A stretch of DNA of 64,000 bases from Botryllus schlosseri. Lineage: Eukaryota. The notes beneath the pieces were generated by a model. The model did not search any database, was not told where the DNA came from, and worked only from the letters and a program-made list of their open reading frames with translations. The stretch is from NCBI GenBank assembly GCA_051294905.1, contig CM119383.1, forward strand, positions 2,914,001-2,978,000, in the 5' to 3' direction. The position numbers were made by a program, and so were the translations under genes. This document shows positions 1 to 11,404 of the stretch, piece by piece. Numbering within the stretch: position 1 is the first letter of the stretch; each line of letters starts with the position of its first letter.

Positions 1-370
1 TTGCACTTAGCGAATACATCCATTTGTACAGTGCAGCTCGATTATTCTATTCGAACCGCATTCACGCCTCAGACACTAGGCGATAGGTAGCTTATATGCG
101 AATATAACTAGATGACAGGATCAAGACTGAATGGTTGGGAAGCGCCTTCTTCCTTCCTTGATGCTCTGAAACAAAATATATGTTCTGTGGATCCATTCTA
201 GCGGATCGAGACGACACACGGCACGGCGATTGTCGTTGTTTATTTAAAGGAACTATTAGCTGCTTGTCGCCTGGCGGTCCTCAGAATGTACCTTTGCATA
301 ACTCATAGCTGTTGAAGGGACAAGCGCAAATGCGCATGCGCACTCTCATTGACATGGTTCAGCGGGTTCG

Positions 371-3300
371 TTATGCAAATGTGCGTTTCGAGACCTTTGA
401 CATAGGTGGGTATCTGGGCAGCTTAACAGTCTCGAAGCGGATAGTGAGCCAAGACAAGAAATGTTTAAACACACTGGGAGATAAGCGTTAAGAGTAGTAT
501 ACACAAACCTTTTCTTTAGGCAATACGAAGTTATGAACACGACGAGCACTATCAACGCAGCTCCCAACATTGAAGACAAGATGATAGAACCGATTTCTCC
601 TTCTGTAAGTCCCGTGGCTGAAAATAAACCTTTTATCGCCTGCTGAAGTATTCCATCTCAAGATTCTAAACCCGAATTCAGTTTCGCAAATCCCAAGTCC
701 TAATCCGTGCTCTTGTTATATGTGATGCTAATTTCACATCCTACGATTTTCAACAACACATTTAAAATGACACAACCGAATAACATTAGATCTAGAAAAT
801 AATATCTTCCGATTTCAATGTGTGATCGTGATACCTCATACCTACACAAGATACTCCATCACCAACATGTCCCGACTTGCAATGGCATTCGTACGCCCCG
901 ATGGTGTTGGAGCATATTGCGTCAAAATGACAGTAATTTAGCCCACTGGTGCACTCATCTTCATCTGTGAATATATACAATATACATATAAACGGCCGTC
1001 AACACGCATCAAGATCGCCAATACACAGATACAATCATTTCCAGAACGAATAAAACCCCCATCACAATTGCAATGGTACGAGCCTGCTGTGTTGCTGGAT
1101 GTTGCATTGGTATGCCACCCGTATAGGTCAGCAAAGCACTCGTGTTTATCTGTGGATTGTCAAACAAACCAAAAGACTATTCCGATACTGTCCGGTCACA
1201 TTGCTTTAGTCTGACATGAATATTTCTATTTTGGTTTACCTGTACACGGTCCATCGTCTCCTCCATAGTAACCATCGAAGCATTCACATTTAAAATTTGT
1301 CCCAGTTCTAATACATATTCCAGTGTCGACGCAAGGATCAGTAGGCGAATCAATACAAGCATCGATAACTGGAAAGGTACATTAAAATCAACTCACTAGC
1401 CGCAGGGGCGGGCAACATACGGCCCGCGGGCCGGATCCGGCCCGCGGACAGTTTCTGGTCTTAGTTGATAATCTGGCCCGCCGGCCGGTGTCCGGTCAAT
1501 ACCGAGAAAGCCATTACCGAGAATGGACACCACCGAGAATGCAATGTATGCAATGCAGGCAAGTTATGCATATATACAGGTCGTGTGCATGTGCAGTGCA
1601 TGACGGCTTTGCCACATTCGGTGTGGATTCTCAGATATAAATTTCTCGACAACGCCTTCTCAGTAAGTTCGATTCTTGTAGGGTTACCATACGTCCTCCT
1701 TTTTCAGGTTTTTCAAAATGTCCTCCGAGGACGCCCAAATGTCCTCTTTTTTGAGAATTTTGGTTTAATATAGGGCAAAATTCGACTGAGATACAGTAAA
1801 TCAGCACTGAAGGAACGCTCCGGCGGCTATTACGGGAGCTGAGCCGGAAAGTTGACCTTTTTTTAGTCTACCGACCACGAAGCGGGGAAAATTTACCATT
1901 TTTCAAAATTTTCCTCCGGTATTCTAAGTTTGAAAATTTTGAAAAAGTAGAACCGCGGCCCTAGTCTGCCGAGATTCCCCACCACTTCTCGGCAGACTAG
2001 GGCCGCGGTGGTTCTATACCAATACCGAGAAAACCACTACCGGGGCCTACGATACTTAGGCCCCGTCACTACCCCCGCGGCCCTAGTTTGCCGAGAACTG
2101 GTGGGGCTACTGGCTACTGGCTGGAATTGAACCTAATTTGGTGTGTAGGCTTAAATTAGAAAACCTAACAATTTTATCAAGTAGCCAGTACAATTTGAGA
2201 AAAAAAGTCATTTTTGAACACCCCTAGTACCGGGCTTATCGAACGCCTTGAAATCTTAATTAAGGATTGCACCATCATTTGTTAACTGATCAGAGAGAAG
2301 CAGACATGGTGGCGCCTGTATGACAATGGTGTTCTCAAATCCACATTGTCTTCGTCATTATCGGCGAGAAATGGAGAAATGGCTTTGAAATGACATTGCT
2401 GTCGTTACAATACATTCATTACATGCGATTTATTCCTTGTATATTTTTGGATAAATGAGCGAATAATGTATCGATTCAGCTATCCGGCCCGCCAAGTACT
2501 TAATTTTCCTACATCCGGCCCGCCGACTGGAGAAGTTGCCCGCCCCTGCACTAGCGTATAATGGTATATCATTTCAAAACAACAACAAGGCCCTTGTTTA
2601 AAACATGTTTTTTTTTTTTTTAAAGCCATGATGTCACGGATATTTAATTGTGACGCCATAGTGGATTGACATTGACAATCGAAAATATAGGGTAAATATA
2701 GCTCTTTTGACGAAATATATGTACTATTGCTGTTGAACCGACAATTTTGAGGGTTCCAACCATGCCATATCGATGTACTTCGGCTCTATCGGGTGGTAAT
2801 TGTCCGTAGGCTCATACAACATGTATTTACACAATTATGGCATAATTTTACAACTCAAAAAAAGCACAATTTTGTTTTTGTTTTAGAGGCATTTGTTTAA
2901 AACACTGTTCAAAACATGTTTTAAACAAAGTGTTTTAAAACACCGTTTGTTTCAAATGCAACCCTAGATATCAGATTAGATTACTAACGCAGGGTTTACG
3001 CTACAGGTTTTAGTGCGTAGGCTACAATAATCTGTATAGCCAGATCGAACGCCATATTGTAGGGTTACCATATTTTGGAATCGGGAAAAGACACTTTTTC
3101 AAAATTTTCTTACAATACTGGATAATAATCCGGAAAAAGTGGTTCAAAAAAACTTTCCGGCTCAACTACCGAAATGCAGTTTTTCTTTCACATTTTCCGT
3201 TGGTTGACTAAAAACAAGGTCGTCGCTCACGTTCGAACCACGAATTTCCTGTTTAGCGTCATTTAGAACGTATGGTAACCCTACCATATTGTCAGTATAG

Positions 3301-6300
3301 AATCAAATATGTATACCTTTGTCGTAATTTAACGGCAATATGTCCAAAGACAGATCTTTTACGATTCCCCGTAAATCTGCGTATTTTGGTAGTCTATAGA
3401 CTCTGTCGTCAGACGACAAGTTACCGGTCGCGATGGCCTGAACATAAACGCAATTGTGCAGGTTAGAAGCACCCCAACGAATATTGTGGAAGGAAATAAA
3501 GTTGCAATACCCGAAGATCCCAGAGATCGTACTTTCCAACCCCGATTGCGTAGATGATGATGCCCTGTAACCTTGCTACGTCTGCGGCTTTGACCAATTC
3601 TCGGTGGTCACTTGTCCTGTCGTAAGATGAAACAAAGAAGATCACAATTCCACTATTTGAAGTTAGCGTAATTAGAAACTAACTACCGCTCTCACTTGTC
3701 ATCATTTATAACAACAATCATAATATTTCCCGTACTGTTGCTTCCCCATCTTGAAGAGCTTTGAAAATGCGCGACCGCTTTGCGTATTGCGGCCGCCGTG
3801 CTGTGCCTACCGTTGCCCGATTGAGTGATTTCGTTGATTGCATTCTGCGAAACATGCAGAGCACACCTTCATACCGCCCGCTGTGTACTTGATTCCGACA
3901 TAATTACCAATAACGTAGCTTGTGACCGGTATTGCCCGAGCGAAATATGTGTTGTAATGACGGCACGGTCAGACATCCTGGAAGTATTTGAACAAAGCGT
4001 GTATTTTCAGAAAATGTGATACAATATGCCGAAACAAAATTTTGGCTTCAAATTAATACGAAATTACACGACCTGCCAGTGGTTCTTTAGCCTATACTGA
4101 GCCACGGAACACTTCGCTAACTCTGCTAGCCTTCGCGGAACCCCAAATTTTCGATGATTCATCATAACCAAAATCTACCGTAAGAGACAGTATTTAACTA
4201 CACATCGAATACATTGCTATAGATTACTAGTGCAGAAAATGAAATGTGCACCGACATGGAGTTAGAATAGCATTACCATTAAAATATAAATTTTCACACA
4301 AAACGACAACATGATAATGAATATTTATCGCAAATAATTGTGAATTCTGCGGTTCCTTTTCAGATTCCAGTTCAGAAACGCGAGGCTTCTTCACCTTGAA
4401 AAGTGTCATCGTATTATTCGGCCGAAACGTAACAGTGTCATACCAATTGCTTGATTACAAATGAGCAGAGGTGGTCAGTAACGAGGTACTTCTACTTTTT
4501 CGAAGTACTCATGTAGATTCCCTCTATTTCTGGTACTTATTCAAGTAGGTAGAATTTTCGCTAATTCTACTTCTACTTCGTGATATTTTGTGATCTACTT
4601 ACTTTTCGCTATTTTCAGTTTGTCAAGTAGAAAGAGAGACTGGGGAATTCTCGAGCTGTTTTCACGGAGTTCTAACTTTCAATTTTAAGAAAATTTAAGT
4701 CAAATCCCGAATTTCCGTCGCGCTTCACACAAGGTAGATATGGAGTTACAAATAAGTTTTCACGAAAGTGAATAATTAGTTTCAGTTCTTTTGTCTGGAT
4801 AACATACATGTTTAAGTTTAAAAGCAAGTGTAGCATCGCCCTCTATTTTCCGAAAATACAGTTACACTATATGGCACTTCTACGTTACGCCATATTTTTT
4901 ATCATCGTATACGGATCACGCAAAGTGTTAACGTAGTATCCATACAACTTCTGCTCTTCGACTAAACTTAAGGCCGTAATATGGGCGAGGGAACATGCCA
5001 TGACATTTTCTAAAATGGGATGTTCGAGTAAACAAAAGATCAGTATCTCATTTCCATAGCAAAACTATCATTTGCATCCCATGATGCGGTCGAATGCTCA
5101 TGCTATCGGAAATTGATACCTTCTGGGATCCATCAATGTGCATTGTGTATGAAGCTCTCTGCCCCTTCCGCATAGCTCAATTTACAGCTTTTGAAAGTCC
5201 ATGCGAACGTATTATGACCGTCTTCAAAACTACTTACTTACCTAAGTAAATTTAAAGCCAGCAAATTCTACTTCTACTTCAAGTAGTTTTAGGTTGCTTT
5301 CAGAATTTCTACTTCTACTTGTACTTGAGTAGGTTTTTGCATCGGTACTTCTACTTCTACTTGAGTAGCTTTCTTGACTACTTTGACCACCTCTGCAAAT
5401 GAGCTTTTAAATATTGGAGATAGAATTGGCATTTCAGAAGGACGGTTTTGGATTTCGAATTCCACCTCTCCTGCCTACGCCACAGCATACGACACGACTA
5501 CGACTACAGATAACTAATCTCCGTAGGCTAATTATCGATAATACGACCACACAATTCGACTACTGATCGGGCGTAATTACCCGCAACCAATGATTGCCAA
5601 TGATCGCAAACCGTATGCATGAGTTAAGTGCGTATGGCTCAGCAAACCCCTAGTGTTCCATGGAACCACTATATATATACGGCAGGTCATAGTCATGGGC
5701 AGGGTTGCAGGCTTTGATGTCTTGCTATTACGGAGTATAACAATAACGTCAAAAAGCCTCCATGCGATCAGCGTGAAACGAGGTACAAAAAGAAATGCAA
5801 ATTATCGGTTGCTAATAGCTACTCACCCACGACCTGTATAAGTGTTGGAATATGTTATTATTCCAATTTGGGCGGTTCCGTTGTCTATATCAAACTGCCT
5901 TGCCATGTCGATTACCCATCGCTTCATGGCGTTGGACTCATTTGGCTCTATTTTGGTTTCCGACAGATCCAATACAAACACGATGTCAAGAAAGGTATTT
6001 CCACAAACTGAAACACATCAGTCACTACTAATCCAAAACTTTACCACGAAATTAATAAATTATTGGCTATGATGAATACATTACAAAGTAATTTGAAGGT
6101 AGACGCAATGGGACACTGCATACAACTATACTACGAATTTCTAGCACACTGAATCGCCTGGATGATGCGTCTCAAAGGAAACTGCCAATATTTACAGGGT
6201 CGACTGTTGATTCCCAGTTATATTTAAATATCGATCTAAAACGAAAGCCAATTAAATAAGTCAGACTGCGTCAGAGTAATTTTATTGTTAAGCTACTTTC

Positions 6301-9300
6301 GTTGGGTGGAAATGAAACCTCAGCGACACGAGAATTGCAATAACGTGATTTAACATGTATAAATTGTGGGAGACTGTGATTCCCAAAGGGGGTCATTTTC
6401 AGAGATAGTCACTGTTGATACTCACGTAGAAGTACCACCGTCAATTTCTACACAAGTAGAAGTATCGTATTACAAGTAAGTAAAAAGGTAAATTATTCTA
6501 CCACGCCTATAGTTTCTGCTAAAAACTGAAAACTGTCAAGTAGAAGTAGATGTATCATAACCACTTGAGGGAGTGGTGAAGTTAGAAAGATATATTCGAA
6601 GTGTAGAAGTGCTTCGTTTCTGACCCCCTCTGATGATTTCGAAGTGGCGTGACCATGGAACCACTGTTCTCCAATGAAAACCAGATTTACGCTACTGGAA
6701 ACACGAAAGTTTACTCCACCTGCGGCGTAGTCGATTACAAATCCTTGGCCCCCAACGGTGGTATTTGCAGTGTAGAACGCCATGATGACATTTTCGTAAT
6801 CCTTGAGAAAGTAGGTGGACGGTTTAGCATGAGGCGACACCACAGTAGTAGGACCATCCTTTCGTCTTCGTGTTAGCAAATTGTCTCTAATTTTGCTGGA
6901 TGAATCGACGTACCTGCAATAATGTGTCATTGAGAATACCTGAGCAGAGCTAAATGGAATTGCGCCGTATACAAAAGTTGATTTGCTATAATGCGGGATA
7001 TAAAGAACTCTATAGCGTACAACAGCTTTATTATGATACGAGAACTCTAACTCTATAATTTGTGTATAGCGAAAGCAACTCTCGAGTAGCCTATAGTCTA
7101 CACATTGTAAACGAGAATTTTCGCTGATTTCCACCATAGCCTAGGGTGCAAATATGGCCGTCGACATTGCCTGGTATAAATCACCCATTTCAAGGTAAAC
7201 AATAGTCAAATAAACCACTTAATATGGTAATAGCCTATATCCCAGTCCCAGAGATGGAGTGGACCCCGTTTTCGTGACCACAAGAAGAAGGCGCAGAATG
7301 TTGGTAAATCACAGAAGCCCACTACACCCTGGATTATTTCTTCATAAGCATTGGTAGCCTATTTGACTGGATTTTACCTGCTGGAATCCGTGTGAATGCA
7401 AAGCAATTTCTACCTATCCTTCTGTCTGCTCTTTTTTTTCACCAGTGCCAATGGTATTACTTGCAACTGATGGCACTCAGAGGTGGTCAAAGTAGTCAAG
7501 AAAGCTACTCAAGTAGAAGTAGAAGTAGCAACGACAAAATCTACTCAAGTACGAGTAAAAGTACTTCTTCCATCAGCAACCTAAAACTACTTGAAGTAGA
7601 AGTAGAATTGACTGACTTTAAATCTACCCAAGTAACTAAGTGGTTGTGAAAACGATCGTAATTCGTTCACATGGATTGTCAAAAAGGTGCAAATCGAGCT
7701 ATGCGAAAGGTGCCAAGCTTGATTCATATTGAGGCATACCACGAGGTATCCAATTTTCGACAGCATAAGCATTCGTCCGCATCATGGGGTAAAATGATAG
7801 TATTGATATGGAAATGCGATACTAATCCTCTGTTGATTCGAACAGCACGTTTTAGAAAATATCATGGTATGACGCCCTTCCCCATATTATAAGGCCTGTA
7901 GTTTTGTCCAAGAGCAATACGGAGAAGTTGTACAGGATACGGTGTAAACACTTTGCGCGATTAGTAAACGTTACTAAAAAATATGCCGGATCGTAAAAAT
8001 TCCATACTGTGTATAGCTTTATTTCCGTAAATTAAAGGCATTACTACACTTGCTTTTATACTTCAACATGTATGTTATCCAAACAAAAGAACTGATATTG
8101 ATTAGAAGTTAAAGTATATGATACTGGGAGTCAAAAATGAAATATAAATACTACTTCTAAAAGCGGAACATGTATTTCATGTCTTTAGTCCAGAAAGTTT
8201 TCAAGGTTGGTATGCTAAAACAGCTCTAAAACTTTTCCAGATTAGGACACGCCTTGGACTGCTAGATTACGATATGATAAGTAAATGCTTGATTGCGAAA
8301 CATCAGTTTCAAACGTTATGATGAGCCATAATATTATATTCTGTGATGAAATATTTGATATGGCGAAGGGCTACAATGCGATGTGCACGGAACCATGCCA
8401 ACCCGCTACCTAAATTATATTCACCGATACTATCGTGATATACTACTGGTTGCCCCGTATCCACCGCGCGCGAAGCGCGACGAAAAGTCTGGGCTTCACT
8501 CAAATTTTATGAAAATTAAATGTTGATGCTCCGTGAAAACAGCCCCGAAATGCCTCAGGATATCTTTCCGTTTGGAAGATTAAACTACTTCTACTTGACA
8601 ACCTGAAAATAGCGAAAAGTAAGTAAGTAGATCACAAAATATTACGAAGTAGAAGTAGCGAAAATCAGATCTACTTGAGTAAGTACCAGAAGTAAAGGAA
8701 AACTACTTGAGTACTTCGAAAAAGTAGAAGTATTTCGTTACTGACCACCTCATGATGACACTATATGATAAAAGTATGGTAAATAGGCATATACCGAATA
8801 TTTTTTATCCATCCATGCATTTATAGTGTATGTTAGGAACAATGTTCCCTCTGAGCTGCGCACGTGCGCAAATGCGCAGTTCTGACACGGTCTCTGCGCA
8901 CAGAAAATCAGAAGTGATGACCTTTTTTTAGTGGTTACGCAATGTTGTCCAAGAGTCTGCGCAGTGAGTTGGTGAGTGTGCGCAGACTCGTCAAAAATTA
9001 AAGGGAACATTGGTTAGGAATGGTCACGTTCAAATATCTTGACTCACGGTGTATTGCATGTCCCATGATGACAATGTATTTAACTCACATTTGCATATGC
9101 CGACATCGCATCATTATCAATCATTATATATATCGGACAAATGTTATTCTCAACTGATTGATAGGTTTGCTGAATTTGAATGCTTACGTCAGATTTAACA
9201 AGCTAGGACGCAGAATGTCGGTCACCTTCAAGCCAATGTAAAGAAAATCGCTTTCAGCAAGTTGAAAATCTCTTATCGCAAGTTCATAACCTGAAAAGAA

Positions 9301-9927
9301 TAAAGTTCAAATGATTCGTGATCGTACCACACACCATATTGAACACTGCTGCATTGGGTCAAATAATTACTTAATAGGATGTAGGCTGCACACGATATTT
9401 ACAATGTGTGCACTATGCACCTGCCCTGCTGTCCAAGTCAATCATCATTCATCAATCACCGCATTCGTCGATTCAATTTTGGGTGTATGGAACATATTAT
9501 CTGGATTGTTGAATTTGCCCCATCGAAATTTCTCAACAGAGTATGGGCCTACTACTAGCCTGCTTACCATACATCAATTATTAAACATAAAAATGCAGTC
9601 GAGTAATCGCTTCTTATACCTTCTAGTTTCTGACACGTATGCGTGACATTGATAATTTTGGTCCATGGAGCTAGATTTCCTGGATAGGAATCAGTAGGAC
9701 CACCGTAACAAGGAGATTTAATGCTTCCAACGCGAGCAGTCCTGGTCAAAATCTCGCCAACCTGATTGCAGGAGAATTGATCTGTTGAGCAGTAAAATGT
9801 ACATAAATTTCCTATACAGTACATACATTTAATTGCAAAAGAACTCACCGACAATTTTATACTGACATTGGACGACATGCACCGCGATATAACTAGTAAA
9901 TGAAAGTGCAGTGAATATGGAAGTCAT
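371..9927 (-). CDS. 14-exon type I membrane protein, 563 aa: signal peptide, CUB, vWA, EGF, two Ca-binding EGF-like, TM, short cytoplasmic tail
   Basis: Exons read by hand, all GT-AG with consistent phases: 9927-9849 (MTSIFTALSFTSYIAVHVVQC), 9781-9620, 9290-9188, 6913-6720 (CUB, ending GFVIDYAA), 6007-5827 (LDIVFVLDLSET), 3977-3908, 3844-3696, 3616-3511 (IIIYAIGVG), 3437-3317, 1368-1240, 1149-1027, 964-842 (DEDEC...YECHC), 617-509 (hydrophobic IILSSMLGAALIVLVVFITSYCL followed by KKR), 413-371 (stop TAA). Total 1692 nt = 564 codons. Confidence 0.8.
1403..2548. mobile_element. Composite non-autonomous hAT (Charlie-like) element
   Basis: TIRs CAGGGGCGGGCAAC / GTTGCCCGCCCCTG, GGCCCGC subterminal repeats, near-perfect TSD (CACTAGCCG left, CACTAGCG right). 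Carries fragments of other repeat families inside. Confidence 0.8.
1952..2009. repeat. Perfect inverted repeat with 23-bp arms and a 12-nt spacer
   Basis: ACCGCGGCCCTAGTCTGCCGAGA at 1952-1974 and its reverse complement at 1987-2009; a third near-copy at about 2075-2096. Confidence 0.9.
3060..3283. mobile_element. hAT-type MITE, TAGGGTTACCA family (224 bp)
   Basis: TIR TAGGGTTACCATA / TATGGTAACCCTA; perfect 8-bp TSD CCATATTG at 3052-3059 and 3284-3291. Confidence 0.9.
4466..5395. mobile_element. Non-autonomous hAT element, CAGAGGTGGTCA family
   Basis: TIR CAGAGGTGGTCA / TGACCACCTCTG; perfect TSD CAAATGAG at 4458-4465 and 5396-5403; subterminal CTTCTA-type repeats. Confidence 0.9.
7478..8754. 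mobile_element. Non-autonomous hAT element, CAGAGGTGGTCA family, inverted relative to 4466-5395
   Basis: Same TIR; TSD ATGGCACT / ATGACACT (7 of 8); internal segment about 7640-8090 is homologous to the reverse complement of about 4790-5240. Confidence 0.85.
8840..9012. mobile_element. hAT-type MITE, CAATGTTCCCT family
   Basis: TIR CAATGTTCCCT / AGGGAACATTG; perfect TSD GTTAGGAA; second copy at 48066-48262. Confidence 0.9.
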
Positions 9928-10205
9928 AACTTCCACTTTAGTTCGCTAAAATCTGTCAATTATTTGACGCAAGAGGATTCACACTCGGGTAATAGGTACA
10001 CTCTCATAATAAATGATACTTGTGCTGAAATATTATTTTTGGCGATGTTATTCTTTATAAGTTATCATTGACCGTAGTGCAGAGGCCAAAAGTGATGAGC
10101 ACCATTTGTCTTACTGGAGTGCAGGCTGAGTGTTGCACTTGCGTCTTATATTCTCTGCATTACTTTTCATTCAGTGTGCATGCCTCTTATTTACTTCACC
10201 TAGGC

Positions 10206-11404
10206 CAGGGGTGGGCAAACTTTTGAGCTCGCGGGCCGCATTCAACACCTGAATCCATTCGCGGGCCGCACTATATAAAATTGGGATTATGAAACACAAT
10301 ATTGTAGGGTTACCATATGTCCTCTTTTTTTATTTTTTTGAAAGTGTAGGCTTCTCAGAGGACGCCCCTTTGTCCTTTTTATCGAAAATCTAGGTCATAC
10401 TAATAGCAAAATGCGACTGATATGTCGTAAATCAGCACCGAAGTGTCGCTATGGCGGGTATATCGGGAGCTGGGCGGAAAGTTGACCCTTTTTTTTAGTC
10501 AATCTCCACCACCTGCCAATGTGGAGTAGAAAACGGTATTTTGGGCGCTGAGCGAGAAAGTTGACCGTTTTTTTAAGTCGACCGACCACAAAATGGGAAA
10601 GATTTACCGTTTTTTGAAAATTTTTCTGGGTGTTGCAAGTCTGAAAATCTGAAAAAGCGTTCTCTTCTCCGATTTCCAAAATATGGTAACCCTACAATAT
10701 TGGTATTCCGAGTTGGTATTTCTATATGAGGCGCATCTTTGTGGGGTTCTGATGGCGAAGAGCGCTAGTATAATAAAATCGAAAAAGGAAGGTAAATTCA
10801 ACCGCGCGCAGCGCGAAGAAAATTTCAAGATTAATAAAACTCTTTCAAGAAATCAGGATTCAATTCGTAAATTCAAATTGTATGTCGACGGCCGCCAACA
10901 CATACTAATTGAATTGCATGTCCACGGCCGCACAAATTTCCTTCTACGGCCGCAGGTTGGCCACCCCTGTTTTACGCATACAGAGAACGAATCTACCTAA
11001 TACACCCGCGAATCGTTTTCTCCGAACGCAGAACTAAAATTAATAAACGTTGCTGGAGTCGCCGATCTAAAATCACACTCGTGATCCGAATTATATCAAT
11101 CCCGTTTAGGATTTCTGTGATGTTTAGCAGTTCAAACCTTTCAAAATGTGTTGGTCTTGAGGTCGGGCTGTCGCGCCAGATATTATACATGAAAAATAAC
11201 ATGGGAAGTATTTACCTTAGAATTGACATGGTAAAATATATTAAGAACAAATTTAATTGAGTCCCTGTAGATTTCTAGTACGCATTTTATCAATATTTTT
11301 AATAAGTTTCGTGAGACTCTCGCGGGCCGCACCAAACGGTGTTGCGGGCCGCATGCGGCCCGCGGGCCGTATGCGGCCCGCGGGCCGTAGTTTGCCCACC
11401 CCTG
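10206..11404. mobile_element. Charlie-like non-autonomous hAT element containing a nested MITE
   Basis: TIR CAGGGGTGGGCAAAC / GTTTGCCCACCCCTG; perfect TSD ACCTAGGC at 10198-10205 and 11405-11412; GCGGGCCGC subterminal repeats. Confidence 0.9.
10305..10694. mobile_element. Nested hAT-type MITE, TAGGGTTACCA family (390 bp)
   Basis: TIR TAGGGTTACCATAT / ATATGGTAACCCTA; perfect TSD CAATATTG at 10297-10304 and 10695-10702. Confidence 0.9.

Noticed and set aside
6493-7137. 214-aa ORF as a standalone gene
   Set aside because: Only 6913-6720 is bounded by splice sites and is CUB-like; the rest is intron read-through and transposon debris.
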